64,000 bases of DNA from Acidobacteriota bacterium (GTDB lineage Bacteria; Acidobacteriota; UBA890; WLXD01), in contig CAXWPH010000014.1 of assembly GCA_963666055.2 (NCBI GenBank), forward strand, positions 512,001 to 576,000, read 5' to 3'. This document shows positions 57,014 through 64,000 of the stretch, piece by piece (position 1 is the stretch's first letter; each line of letters begins with the position of its first letter). The notes under the pieces were generated by a model. It worked only from the letters and a program-made list of their open reading frames with translations, was not told the DNA's origin and did not search any database. The translations under genes and the position numbers were made by a program.

Positions 57014-57547
57014 CTATGAACCCGAGGGTCGTGCGGCCAAACCTACTTCGCGGCAACGCTCCAAACCGGCCTCGGCGTGCAGCCGCAGCTTGCGATCGGT
57101 TTCGTTGCGCAGTACCGACTCCAGCACCGGCACGACGCGGGCGTCGGGCTCGCCGCACCCCAGCATGATGACGGCCATGCGCCGGACGCGGATGCTCTCG
57201 TCGAGTTCGACGCGCTCGATAAGCAGCGGCACGTAGTCGACCGGGTTCTCTTGGCTCTTGCAGCGGTCACACGCAACCGAGTGCACCGCCCACAGGCGCA
57301 CGGCGGCCTTCGGGTCGCGCACCAACGGCACCAGGTGCTCGATCGACTCGAGGTCGGCATGGTGGTCGAGGTACATGGCGCACCATCGGCGCACCTGCCA
57401 GTTGCCGTTACCCAACCCCTCGCGGACGGCGGGAAGGGCGTCGTCGCCGATCTCGCCGAGGGCCAGGTACGAGGGGAAGCGTTGGGGGCCGTCGGCGAAC
57501 CGGTCGACCAGCTCTCGGGCCTGTTGAAATGTTTCGCTGTTGCTCAT
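57014..57547 (-). CDS. HEAT-repeat protein
   Basis: Repeated units NWQVRRWCA, DPKAAVRLWAV, SIRVRRMAV; GAGG RBS. Confidence 0.8.
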   Translation of the reverse strand: MSNSETFQQARELVDRFADGPQRFPSYLALGEIGDDALPAVREGLGNGNWQVRRWCAMYLDHHADLESIEHLVPLVRDPKAAVRLWAVHSVACDRCKSQENPVDYVPLLIERVELDESIRVRRMAVIMLGCGEPDARVVPVLESVLRNETDRKLRLHAEAGLERCREVGLAARPSGS

Positions 57548-57862
57548 GATGTTCCTCTTAGCGCTAGCGGCCGTCCAGGAGCGCGAAACTACTTTTGTTC
57601 ATCGCAAAAGGCCTCGCGCTCGCTCCATGCATCGACACCCGCCGCGACGGTCGCGGACCGAAATGTCGATGGAGTGAGCGCGGGGCCTGACCCCGCGCGC
57701 ACAAATTGTGAAACAAAGATCACCCGGGTACAGGGTATTGGTCAAGGCCCTACGACGAGGAGTGTAAGCAAGCTCGCGGCGCCCCCACCGCTTTCCCTTG
57801 AAGCTCGGGGCCGCGAGGCCAATAATATGGCCTCACTAAAATCTTCTCCAGGGAGGTGTGGA

Positions 57863-58234
57863 GTGAAGCGTTCCTACTACGTATCGATCTTCGTAATCGC
57901 CGTGATGATCGCCATGGCGTTGCCGACGATGGCGACACAACAGGTCACGGCAACCGGCCAAGTCATCGATTCAGCTTGCTTCATCAAGATGGGCGCCAGT
58001 GGCGCAGGCCATCGGGAGTGCGCCCAGACGTGCGCCGACAATGGCATTCCGCTGGCTCTGTTGGAGGCTGAGACCGAGCAGGTCATCTGGCTTGCTTCGA
58101 GCCAGAGCATGCAGTCGCCGAACGCGGATCTCAGAGCCCATGCCAGCCACACCGTGCGGATTACCGGCGAGTGGGCCGAGCGCGGTGGCGTGAAGATCCT
58201 GGTGATCGACGAGATCGAGCACATCAGTAGCTAA
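57863..58234 (+). CDS. Small secreted protein with C...H..CxxxC motif (OB-fold-like)
   Basis: GGAGG RBS; signal peptide; TGQVIDSAC...GHRECAQTCADNGIP...VRITG. Confidence 0.8.
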   Translation: MKRSYYVSIFVIAVMIAMALPTMATQQVTATGQVIDSACFIKMGASGAGHRECAQTCADNGIPLALLEAETEQVIWLASSQSMQSPNADLRAHASHTVRITGEWAERGGVKILVIDEIEHISS

Positions 58235-58246
58235 AATCCGTATTCG

Positions 58247-58284
58247 CGCGAACGCACCCCTTTTCACTTCGGGGTGCGTTCGTG
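58247..58284. terminator. Stem-loop between convergent genes
   Basis: CGAACGCACCCC-TTTTCACTTC-GGGGTGCGTTCG. Confidence 0.55.
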
Positions 58285-58304
58285 CGTTCGGCGTCTGCGG
58301 CGGG

Positions 58305-59722
58305 CTAACGTTTGACGTCGAGCGTCAACGTGACGTCTTGGCGGCGATACAGGCACACGCCGTTGACGTCTTCGCAGACGTAATAGAGCGCGTGTGCGGA
58401 GAAAACGATGCCGGCCGCGCGCGTCGTCCGGCGCCTTGATCTCCAGCTCCACCTTGCGCGTCTCTGTACTCACCACCTCGGGCGGGTTGGGCACCCGCAC
58501 GGCGCGCCGGTCGACCTGCCACCCTGCGGGCACATCGATCCAGAACACCAGGCCGTCGACCTCGTTGTTCCAGTGCGCCTTGATGGCTTCGTTGGGGACG
58601 AAGCTGACGTGCGCCCGGCTGCTGCCGCCGGCTGAGATCACGCTCGGGACCATCGTCGCGGTGGCCGAGACGAACTCTCCGTTGTCGCGGTAGATACGCT
58701 CGTCGACGGTGGGGGGATTGATTTCTTCGGTATCAGCGGTGAAAGAGCGTTGCGGGCTCGCGAACTCGGCGCCGCCGGGTTCCACAACCAGCGCTGCCGG
58801 CGTCTCGCCGCGTGCCGCGATCTCCTGGCGCGCCGTCGACACCCAGTCGTAGAACGGGTAAGGCTTCTCCAGCCGCGGGCCGTACTGTTGGATGCGCCGG
58901 CGCCAGATGTAGTTGTTGGGATCGACATCGAGAGCCCGTTCCCAGTAGCGCACGGCCTCTTGGAAGTCCTCCGGCTTCGAGCTCGGCGAGTCGTACCGCC
59001 AGCGGTAGGCAACGCCGGTGCGAAAGAGTGTGTAGCCGTGGCCTGAATCGGCGGTGACGGCACGCTCGAACGCCGCGATCAGCGCGTCGGGATCGGCAGT
59101 GCGTTCCCACAGATACATCGACACGGCGTCGGTCGCCGGTCGGCTCATCTGAGGAAGCGAGGTCGTCATGTCTCCGGGCGGCTCGAACTCGGCGTCGACG
59201 AACTCGGCACGGAACGTCTCGAGATCGTCACGCGGTGGTTGAATCTCGCGGATCACACCGTGCTCGTCGATGGCCAACGTCAGCGGCACGACCGTTGTTT
59301 CAAGCAGATTCAGGGAGTCGACGAGGATCGGCCAGTCCATTTGTTTCCACTGCATGAAGAGACGGGCGCGGTCGGGATGCTGCTCCTGGATGATGCCGAC
59401 CATCGTCAGGTCACCGGCGTCCTGCCACTCCTTTGTCGCTTCGTGCCACCCGGGCACGTGCACGCGGCAGCCCGCTCACCAGGAGGCGAACACATGTAGC
59501 ATCACCTTGCGGCCGCGAAAGTCCGACAGCCGCGTCAGCGTGCCGTCCTCGAGCGATGGTAGCGCCAGGTCGGGGAACACGTCGCCGACGCCGAAGCGCG
59601 GGTCGAGGTGCTGAGCGGGAGTTGCCGGGGCGTTTGTCACGACGAGCGTTACGGCCGTGAACACCGATCACCGTTGCTAACAGGCCATCGCGGCCTGCTA
59701 GGGACAGGCGTCGATTGTGCAT
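58305..59722 (-). CDS. Secreted selenoprotein: TlpA/ResA-like thioredoxin (U-A-G-C), TPR and DsbD-N-like domain (+1 frameshifts near 59665 and 58412)
   Basis: GAGGAGG RBS before ATG 59722; GDVFPDLALPSL...LSDFRGRKVMLHVFASW-TGA-AGCRVHVPGW in frame; TPR WERALDVDPNNY; shifted C-terminus ALYYVCEDVNGVCLYRRQD. Confidence 0.82.
59442..59458 (-). promoter_or_regulatory. Putative bacterial SECIS hairpin
   Basis: CGTGCC-CGGGT-GGCACG starts 17 nt after the TGA at 59476-59478. Confidence 0.65.
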
Positions 59723-59855
59723 GTGATTCCTCCTCGATTCGGCAGCGTGACCGAAACGCGGCGAGAAATCCAGCGCTCCGGGCGCATCGCGTTGCCGCGC
59801 CTACAGGATCGCTGTCGGCGCCCCCCGGCGGGCCGACTTTGCCCGCGTGAGCGCC

Positions 59856-61145
59856 TCAGTCGCCCGGTCGCTCCAGCCGCTCGATGCGCTCGGCGCCCAT
59901 GTAGGGGCGCAGCACGTCGGGGATCGTGACGCTGCCGTCGGCCTCTTGGTAGTTCTCCAGCAGGGCGACGATGGTGCGGCCGATGGCGACGCCGGAACCG
60001 TTGAGCGTGTGCACGAGGCGTGGTTTCTTGCTTTCCTCGGGTCGGTAGCGGATCTCGGCGCGACGTGCCTGGAAGTCCTCGCAGTTGCTGCACGATGAAA
60101 TCTCGCGGTAACGGTTTTGCGACGGCAGCCACACCTCGATGTCGTAGGTCTTGGCGGCGGCGAATCCGAGGTCTCCGGTCGCCAGGCTGACAACTTGGTA
60201 CGGCAGCTCGAGACGCTGCAGGACGCGCTCGGCGTCACCGGTGAGCGTCTCGAGCATCTCGTATGACTGCTCGGGGGTCGTGTAGGCGACCAACTCGACC
60301 TTGGTGAACTGGTGTACGCGGATCATGCCGCGCGTGTCCTTGCCGTACGATCCGGCCTCGCGGCGGAAGCACGGCGTGTAGGCGCAGTAGCGGATCGGCA
60401 GCTCGCTTTCCGCCAATATCTCGCCGCGGTGCAGGTTCACCAGCGGCACCTCGGACGTCGGAATCAAGTAGAAGTCGTCGCGCTCCAGATAGAAAGCTTC
60501 ATCAGCGAACTTGGGTAGTTGCCCAGAGGCCTCCATCGACTCCGGCGACACCAAAAACGGCGTCAGCACTTCCAGGTAGCCACCCTCGTCGCGTGCCAGA
60601 TCGAGCATGAACGCCGCCAGCGCCCATTCAAGCCGGGCGCCGGCACCGAACTGCGTCGGAAAGCGTGCGCCGGCAACCTTGGCGGCGCGCCCCAGATCGA
60701 TGATCCTGAGGTTCTCGCCGACGTCCACATGATCGAGAACCTTGAAGTCGAACTCACGCGGCTCACCCCAGGTACGCTCGACCAGGTTGGCGCTTTCGTC
60801 GACGCCCACCGGGACGCTGTCGTGCGGCAGGTTGGGCAGCCCCAGAAGATCGGTGCGGATTCCGCGCTCGAGCCCGCCGAGCTCGTCATCGAGCACTTCG
60901 ACTTGCTCGCTTACCGCCGCCATCTCGGCAATGATCTCGTCGGCGTTCTCACCGCGTTTCTTGAGCTCGCCGATTTTCTTGCCCGCCTCATTACGCTCCG
61001 ACTTGAGCCCGTCGACGTGCCGGATCAGCTCGCGGCGCCGTTCGTCACGGCGCAACAGGTCGGAAAGATCGAAGTCGACGTTGCGATGCGCCAGGCCCGC
61101 GGCCGCCGTCTCGGGATCTTTGCGCAGTTTGGCGAGGTCATGCAT
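59856..61145 (-). CDS. serS: Serine--tRNA ligase
   Basis: [47 protein letters not shown]; start MHDLAKLR at 61145. Confidence 0.97.
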   Translation of the reverse strand: MHDLAKLRKDPETAAAGLAHRNVDFDLSDLLRRDERRRELIRHVDGLKSERNEAGKKIGELKKRGENADEIIAEMAAVSEQVEVLDDELGGLERGIRTDLLGLPNLPHDSVPVGVDESANLVERTWGEPREFDFKVLDHVDVGENLRIIDLGRAAKVAGARFPTQFGAGARLEWALAAFMLDLARDEGGYLEVLTPFLVSPESMEASGQLPKFADEAFYLERDDFYLIPTSEVPLVNLHRGEILAESELPIRYCAYTPCFRREAGSYGKDTRGMIRVHQFTKVELVAYTTPEQSYEMLETLTGDAERVLQRLELPYQVVSLATGDLGFAAAKTYDIEVWLPSQNRYREISSCSNCEDFQARRAEIRYRPEESKKPRLVHTLNGSGVAIGRTIVALLENYQEADGSVTIPDVLRPYMGAERIERLERPGD

Positions 61146-61162
61146 AGGGGGCCGTGGTGAAG

Positions 61163-61438
61163 CTACGAGGCCTTCTTTTCTTTTTTGGTTTCGGTCTTCT
61201 TGTCGGTTTTCTTGGACTCCCCCTCGGAGCTCTCGGATTCGGCGCGCTTGCCCTTGTTCTTGTCGGCGTAGTCGGTGACGTACCAACCGGTGCCCTTGAA
61301 GCGGATGGCCGGCGGGCTGATCAGGCGGTCGACCCTGCCGGAACACTCCGGGCAACGCTGCCGCGGCTTGTCGGAGAATTTCTGGATGAGCTCGAAGCGG
61401 TGACCACAACGACGACACTCATACTCATAGATGGGCAT
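61163..61438 (-). CDS. FmdB-family zinc-ribbon protein
   Basis: [16 protein letters not shown]...CPECSG...[11 protein letters not shown]. Confidence 0.93.
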   Translation of the reverse strand: MPIYEYECRRCGHRFELIQKFSDKPRQRCPECSGRVDRLISPPAIRFKGTGWYVTDYADKNKGKRAESESSEGESKKTDKKTETKKEKKAS

Positions 61439-61635
61439 TTCAGAACTCTTGGAATATCGAACGAAAAAGCGCGCCGGAACGGGGATAACTCAGTGAACTC
61501 GGATTATAACGTGGCGTCGGGCTGGCGCCGACCTACCACCTGTGCGCATCGCGGGCAGCGAGCTGCCGGAGGCAGCGAGAGGTCGGGGGTGGGTGGTGGG
61601 AATAGAAAAAAACGGGTGGCGGGAAATCAAGAAGA

Positions 61636-64000
61636 CTATTTTGCCTCCATCCAGTTCGGTCCGACGCCGACGTTGACGACCAGCGGCACGTCGAGCTCAA
61701 TCGCACCCTCCATCTCCTCGACGACCGCAGCGGTAGCTGCCTCGATCTGGTCTTCGGGAACCTCGAGCACCAGCTCGTCGTGCACCTGAATGATGATCGC
61801 CGCGTCGCGGTTCTCATCCGCGAACCGCCGGTGAAGATTGACCATGGCGCGCTTGATCATGTCGGCGGCCGTGCCCTGCAACGGCGTGTTCACCGCAACG
61901 CGCTCGCCGAACGATTGCACCGAGCGCTGGTGGCTGTGTAGCTCCGGCAAATAGCGGATGCGCCCGAGCAGCGTTGTCACGTAGCCGTCGGTTTTGGCCT
62001 GCTCGACGGTCGCCTCGAGAAAGCGGGCTACTCCGGAGTAGATTTCGAAGTAATTGTCGATGAACGCTCGGGCCTCCTTGAGGGAGATTTCGAACTCACG
62101 CGCCAGGCGCTGTGGGCCCATTCCGTACATGATCCCGAAGTTGATGACCTTGGCCCTGTCGCGTTGCTGCGAGGTGATCTCCTCGGGCTCGACGCCGAAG
62201 ATGTCCGCCGCCGTGGCGCGGTGGATGTCCGCGCCTTCTTTGAAGGCTGTAAGCAACCGCGGGTCGCCCGACAAGTGGGCCATGATGCGGAGCTCGATCT
62301 GGGAGTAGTCGGCCACGAGCAGCAAACAGCCATCGGCGGGGATGAAGGCCTTGCGGATCTGGCGCCCGAGCTCCGAGCGTACCGGGATGTTCTGCAGATT
62401 CGGGTCGCTGCTCGACAGCCGTCCGGTAGCCGCCACCGTCTGGTTGAACGACGCGTGCAGGCGCCCGGTGTCCGGGTTCACAAGCGCCGGGAGGGCGTCG
62501 ATATACGTTCCCTTGAGCTTGGCGAGCTCACGATACTCGATTACCTGACCGGCGATCGGGTACTCCAGCGCCAGCTTCTCGAGGACCTCCGCCTTGGTGG
62601 AGCGCGATCCGGTCTTGGCAGTGCGTCCGCCCGACGGTAACTCCAACTTGTCGAACAGCACGCCGGCCAGTTGTTTGGGTGAATTGATGTTGAACTCCTC
62701 GCCCGCCGCCTCGTAGATGTCGCTTTGCCGTGCATCGAGCTGAGCACCGACTTCGGCCCCCATCTTGGCGAGGTAGTCGGAGTCGATCCGCACGCCTTTG
62801 AGCTCCATGTCGGCGAGAACATGCATGAGAGGCAGCTCGACGTCGCGGTACAGCTCGGCGACTTTGATCGCCTCGAGCTCCGGTTCGAAAATCTCGCTCA
62901 AGCGCAGCGCCACGTCCGTGTCTTCGGCGGCATAGATCGTCGCGGCGTCGACGGGCACCTCGTCGAAGGTCGCACCCTTCTTCGGGATGATCTCTTTGAA
63001 CGGCGTCATCTTGATGCCGAGATAGTCGATTGCTAGACCATCGAGGCCGTGCCCGGTGCGTGTCGGATGCAGCAAGTACGAGGCGATCATCGTGTCGAAC
63101 CATGGCTCGATGCCCTCGAGTCCGTGGCGCTTCAGCACGATCAGGTCGTACTTGAGGTTCTGGCCGATGAGCTTGAGCGACGGATCGCTCAGCACGGGTC
63201 CGAGCTCGTCGAGCGCCTCGGCGACGGTCATGGCGTTACCGGCGCCGAGGGTGGTGTGCGCCAGCGGCAGGTACACGCCCTGGCCGGGCTCCCAGCTCAA
63301 CGCCACACCGACGAGATCGGCGCGCACCGGTTGTTCGCTCGTCGTCTCGAGGTCGAACGACAGGCGCCCGGCGGCGCGCGCCTGATCGAGCGCCTCGGCG
63401 AGCTGGTCGACGTTCTCCAAGGTCCGGTAGTCGACATCGTCGATGCCGCTTTCGGTGAACTCCTCCAGAATGGACCGGAACTCGAGCTCCGCAAACAGCT
63501 CGCGCGCCAACTTGCGGTCGGGTTCCCGGGCGCGGAACGACTCCAGGTCGAGCTTGAGCGGCAGGTCTTTGCGAACCGTCGCCAATTCCTTCGACAGGCG
63601 CGCCATCTCGGCGCCCGCCTCGAGCTTCTCCCCGTATTTCATCTTGGTGATCTCGGCGGCGTGCTCGATGGCTTCCTCGATGGTTCCGTACTCCTGCAGG
63701 ATCATTTGCGCGCCCTTGGCACCGATTCCCTTGACGCCCGGGATGTCGTCGACGCTGTCGCCCATGAGGGCGAGCAAATCGGGAATGCTCTCCGGCGGAA
63801 CTCCGTATTTGTCCTCGACGCGGGCGCGGTCGTAGATGACGCGTCCTTGCCGCTCGGCGAACATCGTGACGCCGTCGTCGACAAGCTGCAGCAGGTCCTT
63901 GTCTTCGGACGCTATGGACCACTTCGATGCCGGCTTCGCGGGCCTTGCGTGTCAGGGTGCCGATGACGTCGTCGGCTTCGTAGCCTGGGAATTTCTCGAA
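61636..64000 (-). CDS. polA: DNA polymerase I (5' part outside the window; +1 frameshift near 63916)
   Basis: YEADDVIG, DKDLLQLV, FDLETT, TGRLSSSDPNLQNIP, DYSQIELR, QVHDEL. Confidence 0.97.

Noticed and set aside
57705-57725. CRP/Fnr/Rex-like site TGTGA...TCAC
   Set aside because: The spacer is 8 nt instead of 6 and the right half is imperfect.

Overview
GC-rich bacterial chromosomal window. Gene families and style suggest an Acidobacteriota-like organism (inference only). The first ~4.6 kb is the end of an integrative element: type I R-M hsdM, a MerR-like regulator, a small accessory ORF and a large serine recombinase whose 3' end runs antisense into tRNA-Glu(CTC). The rest is mostly core or metabolic: mutY, tyrA, D-aminoacylase, gltX, lemA, tesA-ybbAP, serS, polA, four tRNAs, a qhpG-A-D-C-B-F-E quinohemoprotein amine dehydrogenase cluster and a membrane glycosylation cluster. 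Most notable: (1) an uninterrupted 2916-aa ORF fusing FixC, FixX, two acyl-CoA dehydrogenase modules, EtfB and EtfA, i.e. a whole acyl-CoA-to-quinone electron chain in one polypeptide; (2) two selenoproteins split by the ORF caller, each with an in-frame TGA in a UxxC motif and a downstream SECIS-like hairpin; (3) two families of short palindromic repeats; (4) a tandem pair of LITAF-like CxxC-membrane-CxxC proteins. About nine +1 frameshifts (one in polA) and several apparent deletion junctions point to an error-prone assembly, so broken genes should not be read as pseudogenes without read evidence. All calls come from reading motifs by eye; no database searches were run.
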